Below the pieces are notes generated by a model. That model saw nothing but the letters and a program-made list of their open reading frames with translations. It was not told the origin of the DNA and searched no databases. A program made the position numbers and the translations under genes. Positions 1-9,501 of a stretch of DNA of 35,018 nucleotides are shown in pieces (positions within the stretch are counted from its first letter, which is position 1; every line of letters begins with the position of its first letter). Origin of the DNA: Macrostomum lignano (lineage: Eukaryota); contig NIVC01004788.1 of the NCBI GenBank assembly GCA_002269645.1, positions 1 through 35,018 on the forward strand, in the 5' to 3' direction.

Positions 1-382
1 TAATGCAGTGATTTGGGCTTTTGGTATATGTTTGATACTTTGGTGAGTGACATACTTAAAATTAAAAAAAAGTATGCTATTAATAATAATCAAAATAGTT
101 GTCGAGATATAAGATTGTAAAATTTTATAACTAATTGATGCAAAACTGATTTCTGTGTTTTTTACAAGTTAAGGGTTTAGACTTCTAACAAAAATATACA
201 AATTTTATTGTCTTTTTTAAAATACATGGAATACTATATAAAAAAGTATTTTTTTTAGTTTTTAACTTTGTTTAATTGAAAAAATCCAATTACTAGTCCA
301 ATTTCGAAATTGATGATTTAAAGTGTTGCATAAAATAGTATAAATATATCATAAAATAAAGATTGTATAAAATATATCATTA

Positions 383-388
383 TATAAA
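383..388 (+). repeat. Target-site duplication, left copy (TATAAA)
   Basis: Identical TATAAA lies immediately after the right end (18644-18649); 6-bp TSDs are typical of Polintons. Confidence 0.9.
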
Positions 389-549
389 AGTAGTAGTATG
401 TTATAAGGGGCTGCGCCACACTTAATTGCTCGGGCGCATTGCGCGCCAGCTCGCTGGATGACTCAGCCCCTTATAACATACTACTACTACCAGGAGGTCA
501 TGGATTCAAGTGGTGTGTGATATGTAAATATACATATATCTGTGAGTGA

Positions 550-577
550 GGGTGTTGAGGGTGAGGGCATGGGGGGG
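550..577 (+). other. Potential G-quadruplex motif inside the TIR (mirrored at ~18453-18481 on the minus strand)
   Basis: GGG-tgttga-GGG-tga-GGG-cat-GGGGGGG fits G3N1-7 x4. Confidence 0.5.
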
Positions 578-886
578 CATTGGCCTGTGGAATATTTCAC
601 CGAACACAGATTTCCGGAATTTTTATACTTTTAAAAAGGGGGGTGCCCTCGCCCTCATGCCCTCACTCATTTTGAAAATCACTAAAAATAAGTGAAAAAT
701 GACTAAAAACAGGTGAAAATGGTCTGAAAACAGCGATTTTTTGTGATTTTCTAATTTTTTTAAAAAGTGCAATTTTCACGATTCCAGCTCTAAAACCATG
801 AGAAAAGTTGGATTCACGGGTCAATTTAATGCAATTTCAGGTATATACAATATGAAAGTGTCATCCAATTTGACGATAGTAAATTT

Positions 887-897
887 TATATATAAAA
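887..897 (+). promoter_or_regulatory. TATA-like box in the TIR (mirror at ~18129-18141), candidate inward-facing promoter
   Basis: TATATATAAAA ~95 bp upstream of the first + strand ATG. Genes at both ends point inward from the TIRs. Confidence 0.35.
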
Positions 898-990
898 TGG
901 CCTTCAGTAAACCATTATTTCTAGGAAATGCTTTAGATATTCAGTCAGGTATAGACATAATTGACAATTAGGCATAATCGCCATATAAAA

Positions 991-1729
991 ATGAATGATA
1001 AAAATGAACACATCTATCCTGTGGTTGAGCTGCATGAAGCAGATTTGAGGGAGCGGGACTATTTCAATCAGAGAAAGGGTGAAATCAAAGGCAGTATTGA
1101 ATGCATTACGAAAGATCTTACAATTTATAGCAAAAAGGTAAAAAAGTACAAACGACAAAGTAGCAGGATAAATTGGATCAACATTGTGACAGGAAATGTA
1201 AGTCTCTTGGCTGCTACAGGAATTGGCATAGCAACATCGATACTGACATTGAATCCCTTAGTTATTGGAGTAGTAATCGGGGCAATGAGTGGTTTTGAAG
1301 CTGTAAAATCCACGTCGTTGTTTGCAACTGTGAAAATGCATTGCCAAAAGCAGAAGGCAAAATACATTGTTCTCAGAGATCTGGCAAATCAATACAGAGA
1401 GAGATTGTATATTTACTCCCAAAAAGCAGTTGATGATTATAGATTAACTCTTGAAGAGGTTCAAGCAGCTGCTGCAATTTATTCAGAATACAGAGAGAAA
1501 AGAGACCAATTGTTAGACACCTGTGTTGCGCCTGAAGAAGTTAACCATTCGGAAGTCGTTGATAAAATCTCAAAGAGAGTAGACTTGGTCATCAGCGAAG
1601 GAAAAAATTAAAAAGGAACTGCTGGAGAAAGATCTGAGAGAAAAATTGGGTCTAGCTGATAAGCCAAAAGAGTACTCGGCAACACTCAATCTTCAATCAA
1701 ATGCTCCAAGTGCACCCCCCTATGCTTGA
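991..1729 (+). CDS. Polinton membrane protein (hydrophobic central segment, coiled-coil); one extra A at 1602-1607 splits off a C-terminus ending NAPSAPPYA*
   Basis: ORF 991-1611 has a hydrophobic stretch (INIVTGNVSLLAATGIGIATSILTLNPLVIGVVIGAM). The +1 frame continues KIKKELLEKDLREKLG...PSAPPYA to TGA at 1727-1729. Confidence 0.7.
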
Positions 1730-1754
1730 GTCTGTTTAATTTTTTTTCTTAAAA

Positions 1755-4700
1755 ATGGAAAGGAAAATACCAGCGGCCTCTTATGAATTCGATCTCGACT
1801 CCGTTGAAGAAATTCGCGGTTTAATCTCCCCAATTCTTTCCGAATATTTGATGGCTAGAGATTCAATAAAATACAGAATTTCCTTTGTCGCAGAATTTTA
1901 TAAAGGAACTACCGACAGTTGGATTGAGTTCCAATATCATTCAAAGTATCGAACTTTGTTAAATCTTCTCCAAGTGGAAACTAGTATAGAAAGTACAATT
2001 CAGGATGTTCTGGATGAATTCGATGGATGGAAGGATAGTTTTAATGAAAGGGGATCAGGATATTATTTTGTTAAGTTAGTAAAGATTGTGTTGAAAGTTG
2101 TTGGCATTAATCAGTTGAAAGGAGGAACTTATATTCTAATTCCAATTAAATCAAACGCATTAGTAAATGTTAAGAACACTAAAGACAATAGGTGCTTTCT
2201 CTGGTCTATTTTAGCAAAGCTCCATCCTGTGAAGGAACATAGATATAGAGTTGGTAAGTATACACAGTATATAAATGAAATAAACTTAGGAGACGTTAAA
2301 TTTCCAGTGGACATTCGAGATATCTCTGAGATTGAAAAGTTGAACAGTCTTCATATAAATGTGTTTGGATTGAGGGATATAAATACTAAAGAGTCAATAT
2401 ATTCTATTCGTCTGACAGAAGATTACGACAACCCCAATGTTATTGATTTACTACTTGTTGAAAATCATTATTGCTTAATAACAGACTTGTGTTTATTCCT
2501 CACGTCCCAAAATTACAACAGGGTTTTTCTTTGTCGAAAGTGTCTTCAAGTCAAATACTCCCAGGATGCACTGGATAATCATAAAGCAATCTGTAATGAC
2601 TTCAAAGTGTCAATTGAAGTTCCAAAGATTGATAAGAGGATATTAAAGTTTAAAAACTACCACATGAGTGTAAGAAAACCATTTGTGTTTTATGCAATAT
2701 TAGATTATGTAACGATGGATGATAAATCACTAGAGCTATCACAATGGACACTTTTTACTAGTTCCGACTATGAGGACATTATAAAATCAAATATTATTTT
2801 AAATACTACAGTGGAATCATTCGTTGAAACCGTAATAAAAAAGTTTGAGCATATAAAAAATGAAATGGATAGATATAAACATCCAAGATTAAGTGATGTC
2901 GAAGAGACTGATTACAAAGCGGCAGAACAATGTTTTCTCTGCTCAAGGCCATTTGTAGATAGTAAAAAAATTCGAGAGCATAATCACTACAATGGTAAAT
3001 ATCGCGGCGCAGCATGTCAATCATGTAATACCAAGGAGGGCAAGGCGAATCAAACGTACCGTTGTTTCTCCTGAATGAATCTGGAAAAGATCTAAACTAT
3101 TTGATAGTTCCATTAACACGAATAAAGAATACAGCTTATAAATTGGATTTCATTTCTAAAACATCGGAAGACCATGTTGCAATTAAGTGGGGAATTATAC
3201 CAGTGGTGTTGTGTTTTTAGATGGATCTAGGTTTTTGGAACCACCATTTACACTCTCTGAAGAAGAAATAAAATATTTGCCACCCAGTGATACAACAGCA
3301 GTAATTAGAAAGATTTACTCATTTGTCAACGCTTTTGAGAAGTTTCGATCAACATTTTTGAAATATTTCAAGATAGATCCTGCGTATTGCTTTTCCCTTT
3401 CTGGATTATCGTGGGCATGTGGGTTGAAATATACTAATGTGGAATTGGAATTACTTGGTGATAAAGAAATGATATCCATGGTAGAAAGTGGTATTCGCGG
3501 CGGTTTCTCTGGAGTTCTTGGAGATCGATATAAAAAAATGAATAACAAGTATTTAGAAAGTTATGACAGCAATTCTGAATCGTCGTACATGCTATACTTG
3601 GACAAGAATAATTTATATGGTGAAGCAATGATGAAAAATCTACCTGTGGGAGATTTCAAGTTTGAAAATGATCTAGAGTATCACAAGAATATTCCTAATG
3701 GCAGGGGTTGTTTTCTTGAAGTTGACCTTCAATATACAGAGGAATGTAAGAAAGCTACAAGTAAATATCCACTGGCTCCTGAGAAACGAACAACTAGGTT
3801 TGAGGATTTATCTGATATACAGAAGCAATATCGAAGTCGAAAAGAAAAAGTTTGTTCAATCCAAGTTGATGTTGACATTTTACAACAAGGAGAAATATGT
3901 TTTACATCACAGACTACTTGAGTTTTATGAGAAGATGGGCATGCGAGTTACGAGAGTTTATAGAATTCTTTCATTCAAAGAGTCAAACTGGTTGAGTAAA
4001 TACATCGAATTTAATACCAGGCGGAGAATGGAAGCAAAAACTAAATTTGAGAAAGACCTGTGGAAACTACTGAACAATTCATTCTACGGTAAAACAATCG
4101 AAAATGTAAAGAATAGGTCGAACTTTCATCTTGTAGCTGAAGAAAAAACTGCAAGGCGTTATTTTTCCAAACCAAATTTCAAAGATTTCATTATGTTTAG
4201 TGAGGATGCAGTTGGTGTCCAAATGTACAAAAAGACAATTGCGTGTGACAAGCCAATTTATTTAGGATGGCTATTCTGGATTATGCAAAAATGCTAATGT
4301 ACGATTGCTATTACAATTTATTGAGAAGAATTGGAACAGCTGTCAATTGCACTATTCTGATTGTGATTCGCTATATTCTCAGTGATTACTCAGGATGTTT
4401 ATGAGGATCTTGAAAAAATTAAAGAACACTTAGACACATCGGATTATCCAAGAGAGCATCCACTATACTCCGAGACGAACAAGAAAGTTATTGGAAAGTT
4501 GAAAGATGAAATGAATGGCTCAATAATTTCCGAAGCTGTATTCCTGCGGTCAAAGGAGTATGCTTTCACTACAGTTTCAGGGGAGTGTGTTACGATCAAG
4601 GGGGTTGATAAAAGCAGTACAAATATAAAGTTTGAAACTTTAAAAACATACTATTGACAGATTACAAAGATATTCAAAGAGGTAGAGTAAGTATGACTGT

Positions 4701-4815
4701 ATCTGAAAAAAATAAAATATATATTCGTGAGATTATGAAACAAACAATGAGTCCGTTAGATGATAAAAGATATTATTTGGATCCTATCAGATCTATTCCT
4801 CATCAGCCAATGTAA
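1755..4815 (+). pseudogene. POLB: Protein-primed-type family B DNA polymerase, frameshifted about 7 times as assembled
   Basis: Polinton-type N-terminus (ERGSGY, KDNRCFLWSIL, KIREHNHYNGKYRGAA), motif A YLDKNNLYG, motif B KLLNNSFYGK, motif C YSDCDS (4353-4370), C-terminal SPLDDKRY...IPH, stop 4813-4815. Confidence 0.92.
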
Positions 4816-4844
4816 TCTCATTGATAACATCTTCGTTTATTTTT

Positions 4845-7297
4845 TTACACAGTAAACACATTTCTAGTTTCTTGCTGTTTACCATCTATCCTACGCCTAT
4901 ATCTATCCTTATAATACTTACAATAGTCATTGTGATTCTTGAAGAAATCTGTTATGTATTGTTGTTGGAATTCACGTTTCTCACGTTGGGCTAGAGTCCT
5001 ATAGTATTCACTCTCTGTTGCGGCAGTGTAAATTTCTCTAATAAGCAAAAATGTTTTTTCCTCAGTTTCTAAAAATTCATAATTCTCTTCAAAGAAGTGA
5101 GCAAACCAATTACAATTCTGTATGAATTCATTAGTGTTTTCAATTACGCTTTTCGATCGATATATTTCACCCTTTGTTTGCTTGAAAATTTCTAGTAGGT
5201 GTTTCATCTCAGCAAACTTATATTTATTCTTAAACTCCTCGGTCTTAAGATATGAATCGGCTTTATAAATGTGTTTCGCATGATCAATGATGTCGGTATC
5301 TGTTGTATATTTACATGGGTAATTAATATTTATAATTCGTCTTTTTTCTGCATCTCCAATATTTTGTCTAAAGTCAGGCTTGTTATTGCATTCGACTATT
5401 AGGGTTGCGTGTAAAACGACATTACACTGGCTTGAATATAAATTTCTAGCTTGGATAACCCCACCACCAGTTAGTAATTTTATTGATGCATTGTTCAAGA
5501 CACCACTTACTTCTTGACTGATAACCAACCTCTTTTTATTAATTTGTGCTAGGGCTGGTTGTGGCCTGTCTATTCTTATTGGTAAATTCAAAACATCAGG
5601 ACTCAGTGGTGCTGCATAATCAGATCCTAGAGTTCTAAGAAGTAGGTTGTCCTCAACCCCTTGCCATTTCCACCAGCGCCATCAAACATTATAAAGTTTT
5701 CAACATTCTTACCCATTAGAGCTGTGGCTATAACGGATTCCCAACTTTTTCTATTTTCTGGATCGGGATGAATTTGGTTATGCAGATTAACAATGAAGCC
5801 ATAGTCGTAATCACTCACTCCAAGTACATCCGAGTAATTATATCCCACCGATTTAGTAACGTAATCGTCATATCTATACTCGCGAAACTCACCTGTAAGG
5901 AGGTCGTATACTCCATCGTTAAACCCTAGCAAATTCCATTTCATGTCGAATTCAATTTCATTGTTAGTAAACCTCTCTTTGAACAAAGTAGTTACCTGTT
6001 TGAGTTTGTTGGCTCCTTGTATTGAATTTATATTCTTTATTGTACTCTGTAGTTTCTTTTCAAGTGCTTTTAACTTCTCTTTATCATCAGCCGCCTTCTT
6101 AATTGCAATTTCGAGTCTAGTCTTTCGGTGGTTTAACTCACTGCTGACAAGGTGTGATATTTTAAGAAATATGTCATTTATACTACTTAGTTCTCTCCAC
6201 TTATCATCATCAAAATAGTAAATACCATCGCTATTGTAAATTATATTATTCTTCTTATATTCATAAACAAAGTTGGTTATATTAACGTCAGTGAAATTAT
6301 CATCAAGAAACTCAATCCTACCATAATAATCATATTTGCTTTTCCATTCCTTATATTTGTTATAGTTTTCTTCACTTGCCCATTTCTTTAGTGTACCGAT
6401 AGTAAGTCTGTCCTGTGCATCAGCAGAGCTGGTACTGGTGCTATTCCACACCTTTTTACATGATTCGGAATCGAACTTATCATAATTTACTTTTGACCAA
6501 TCAGTGAATACTTTGTACATTTCATCACCACTGTCTATGTCGCGGAGTATAAGTGCTACCTTGTACCAAGAATCATAGTCTTGGTTTTTGTGTTGTATTA
6601 TACTTAACAACTTTGAAGCTCCTTCACAAGTGGGTGGTGGAACGGTGCTTTTTAGTGCCTGTTTATCGGGTTCTTGGTTTTCTTTTTTATCCTGTGGCTT
6701 TATTAATCTATTTATCTCATCAAGAATTACATCTCGCATGTCTATTAAACATTTGGACTTTGTACGTTTGTATTCCCTAATTTCACCATCGACATAATAG
6801 AAACCTGGTGGAGCAAATACTAAGGCGGGAATATCAAAACCCACACTTTGTTGAATCGTTACTTTCAATCCATCTACTTTGTTAAAGTAAAAGTGGTGTC
6901 CCTTGTTTGTCTGAACAACCCAATCACAATGAGTCATACACAGTTCATTCAACTCAGGGCATAGGTCAGCATTATCAATATCGATTACGGTTATATTTGA
7001 GTTTCTAGTATCTATCCAAATCATGTTGTCTACATCTGGTCGAAATGGTGGTGAGGTTGAATTCCTATCTGCTTTGGTTGGCATTCCTGATGGTATTTTT
7101 TTCTTTGTTTTACTATTCCATGTTACACTGCAACTTCCGAATCTAAAATTAAGTTCTTCATAGAGATTAATTAGTTTATCGTACGATTTTGTTTGTTTTA
7201 AATTTGTCAATCTTGGTGGTGGGACATCATGGTTTTGAAGCGGATCCTGTACGATCACAGGAGAGAAACTTGAATCGTTTTGATTTTTTCTTTCCAT
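4845..7297 (-). CDS. D5-like primase-helicase (AEP/prim-pol domain, PriCT-2-like helical domain, D5_N, SF3 helicase); one frameshift near 5650
   Basis: VIDID and QTNKGHHFYF (AEP motifs); YDSWYKV...DWSK; LLGFNDGVYDL; Walker A GAGGNGKG; KRLVISQE; KLLTGG...ARNLY; CNNKP. ATG at 7297 has an A-run context. Confidence 0.85.
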
Positions 7298-7313
7298 TTT
7301 ATTTAAAATAAAT

Positions 7314-7655
7314 TTAACAATATAATTCATCAGTTTCAATGTACTTCTCAAGGGTTATGGGGAGTTTGAAAATGTTCAACTTAAGCATGACGAAAAATTC
7401 ATCATTCCTTATGTGCTGTCTCGAAATCAATGCCCATTTATCAACATGTGCAAGATATACTCTGAATGAATACAAATATGGGGGGCATTTACAATCGCTG
7501 TGTTTTAATATTTCTGCTTTATATTCATCGTAAGCTTTATCAATTTCTTCAATTAGTCGAGCCTTTCGAGTTGGTGTTTTTATTTGAGAGAAATTTATAA
7601 TAGAATCATAATACTTTTGTGGCAGTGCATTTCGTACATTTGGGTTAGCTTCCAT
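7314..7655 (-). CDS. Hypothetical protein, 113 aa
   Basis: Open frame with GAAAAATG start, co-oriented and tightly packed with the neighbouring gene. Confidence 0.6.
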   Translation of the reverse strand: MEANPNVRNALPQKYYDSIINFSQIKTPTRKARLIEEIDKAYDEYKAEILKHSDCKCPPYLYSFRVYLAHVDKWALISRQHIRNDEFFVMLKLNIFKLPITLEKYIETDELYC

Positions 7656-7753
7656 TTTTCTATGAAAAATTTAACATTTTTGCTTTCTTTTGGGCAAATT
7701 TCTATAGATAATCCAACTTTAGCATTTTCTGTGTATCATTATACTTTGTCTTC

Positions 7754-7969
7754 TTAAATTTTCGCTACTTTTGCGCCTACTTCATTGGCAGCTTTTTTAT
7801 TATTGACTGCCTTTGCGATTCCGGCAGCACCTGCCTGTCTTATGAGAGGTAGATTGTCTTTTAGTAAGTTGGAATGGTGCTTCTAGTATCAAAATACCTT
7901 CTCCATTGTACTCTAGGGCTCACCTATTGTATACTCTCTTAGCTTGCGTGGATCTGTAACGGGGCACAT
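7754..7969 (-). pseudogene. Possible small Ala/Lys-rich Polinton protein, frameshifted
   Basis: AAAAATG start at 7969 (MCPVTDPRKL). Fragments EYNGEGI and LLKDNLPLIRQAGAAGIAKAVNNKKAANEVGAKVAKI* lie in different frames. Confidence 0.35.
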
Positions 7970-8133
7970 TTTTGTCTATTTTTAGAAACAGAAAAATAAA
8001 CACAGGAACAGAAAAAGACTTTCAGACACCAAAGGCCAAACTCCATTGGGCTAAATGTGGCCTGCTCAAAGCGATGATATATTTGTTTAAATTATTACCT
8101 TAATAAATGTTTGATATCAAGTCATGTTGATAA

Positions 8134-8403
8134 TTATGGCGCATTAGATGGTTCTATATCAGCGCGGCATGTTGGGCACCTAACCATGTTGCCCTCTTGA
8201 ATTCCGGTGCGATAACATATTTCACAAACCACAGCTCGACAACATGCCATGGTAACGTTTGGTGGCCGTGGTTCGTGTTGGCAGATTGGACAAAGCCCTT
8301 GATTATTCCCCGGCTGAGCTGGATGGTTCTGTACTTGAGTCGGGTTATCCTCTGGTTGAATATCAGCTAGTTGGTGCTCCATATCTTGGCGATAAGCAAC
8401 CAA
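8134..8403 (-). CDS. RING-finger-like protein (C-terminal part; true start uncertain)
   Basis: CPIC-x11-CC-x4-CEIC-x12-CPTC spacing at the C-terminus. Confidence 0.7.
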   Translation of the reverse strand: MVAYRQDMEHQLADIQPEDNPTQVQNHPAQPGNNQGLCPICQHEPRPPNVTMACCRAVVCEICYRTGIQEGNMVRCPTCRADIEPSNAP

Positions 8404-8518
8404 GCGCCTCTCTGCTTCTTGAACGCGACGTTTTTGAAGATAGTAGTTCTAGGAAAGGGTTTGGTGCGCTCGTATATGATTTTTGTAAACTTAAAACCTT
8501 ATAATGTAAAAACACTTT

Positions 8519-8710
8519 TTAACTAACCTTTAGCTGATTAAAGAAGCGCTCTTCATTAGCCAAATTTTGTGGGTTATACTCCAAAAAGATGTTGATGGCA
8601 ATATCTCTAAACATTGAGTTCCTATGGTGTTGTCGCAAATTTCGCTCACGAATTCTAAGAGTTGCTCTAGCGGCAGTAAGCCTCTCGTGCAAATTCGAGA
8701 AAGAAGGCAT
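8519..8710 (-). CDS. Hypothetical 63 aa ORF, possibly the frameshifted N-terminus of the RING protein
   Basis: Same strand, directly upstream, Arg-rich helical sequence. Confidence 0.35.
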   Translation of the reverse strand: MPSFSNLHERLTAARATLRIRERNLRQHHRNSMFRDIAINIFLEYNPQNLANEERFFNQLKVS

Positions 8711-8818
8711 TGTAGGAATGATATTTTGTAAGAAGGTAAAGTTAGTAGAGAAAAATTACTAGACCTTGCCGCTCGTGGCCATTCATTTATATATTTTTAT
8801 GACAAAACGTCAGACCCC

Positions 8819-8919
8819 GCATTCCATTCAGACCAAAACACGAGACCAATTTTTATCTTTTTATTTTTCGAAATTTTCTTCTCGCGTTTTGGTCTCGCGT
8901 TTTGGTCTGAATGGAATGC
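8819..8919. repeat. 31-bp inverted repeat (1 mismatch) with 39-nt T-rich spacer
   Basis: gcattccattcagaccaaaacacgagaccaa (8819-8849) pairs with ttggtctcgcgttttggtctgaatggaatgc (8889-8919). Confidence 0.9.
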
Positions 8920-8927
8920 ATGACTCA

Positions 8928-9406
8928 GTGTAGCAAGAGTATAAGATAAAAAATATAAAACCCCGAATTCCTGTGTTAGTCATCGAGTGAAGTTTGCCTA
9001 CTTGCTTTGCTATCTTGGTCGGACAATAGCCGACCATATTGTTGCGGTGCGAGCTTGCTTCTGTGTAGCAAGAGTAGATGAAAAATATAAAACCCCGAAT
9101 TCCTGTGTTAGTCATCGAGTGAAGTTTGCCTACTTGCTTTACTATCTTGGTCGGACAATAGCCGACCATATTGTTGCGGTGCGAGCTTGCTTCTGTGTAG
9201 CAAGAGTATAAGATAAAAAATATACAACCCCGAATTCCTGCGTTACTCATTGAGTAAAGTTTGCCTACTTGCTTTGCTACGGTGGTTGGACAATAGCCGA
9301 CCATATTATTGCTCTGCGAGATTGCTTCTGTGTGTAGCAAAAGTAGATGAAAAATATACAACCCCGAATTCCTGCGTTAGTCACTGAGTGAAGTTTGCCT
9401 ACTTGC
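8928..9406. repeat. Tandem repeat, ~132-135 bp unit, ~3.6 copies, in the element's central non-coding region
   Basis: ccccgaattcc recurs at 8961, 9093, 9228 and 9362. Confidence 0.92.
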
Positions 9407-9501
9407 CAGCTTCCTAAGATAGTAATTTTTTGTTTATTGACCCCGTTGGGAGTTTTTGTACTTATGTTGTGTTTTTATGGTGACTATGGTATTATGTCTA
9501 A

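Larger units (their letters stand above)
389..948 (+). repeat. Left terminal inverted repeat (~560 bp)
   Basis: Reverse complement of 18078-18643 with only a few differences, mostly homopolymer or dinucleotide length changes. Confidence 0.95.

Noticed and set aside
904-1158. ORFs running into the TIRs (also 18256-18534)
   Set aside because: Antisense or TIR-derived, with no motifs or start signature.
1755-4815. Programmed ribosomal frameshifting as the explanation for split PolB
   Set aside because: Too many shifts in both directions, with the same pattern in unrelated genes; indel error or decay is simpler.
8861-9361. 166 aa and 74 aa ORFs over the 134-bp repeat
   Set aside because: Products simply translate the repeat, unit lengths are not all multiples of 3, and there is no TAAAAATG start.
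8928-9406. Possible CRISPR-like array
   Set aside because: Whole units repeat with no unique spacers, no cas genes, eukaryotic context. The same applies to the 21-bp and 14-bp arrays.
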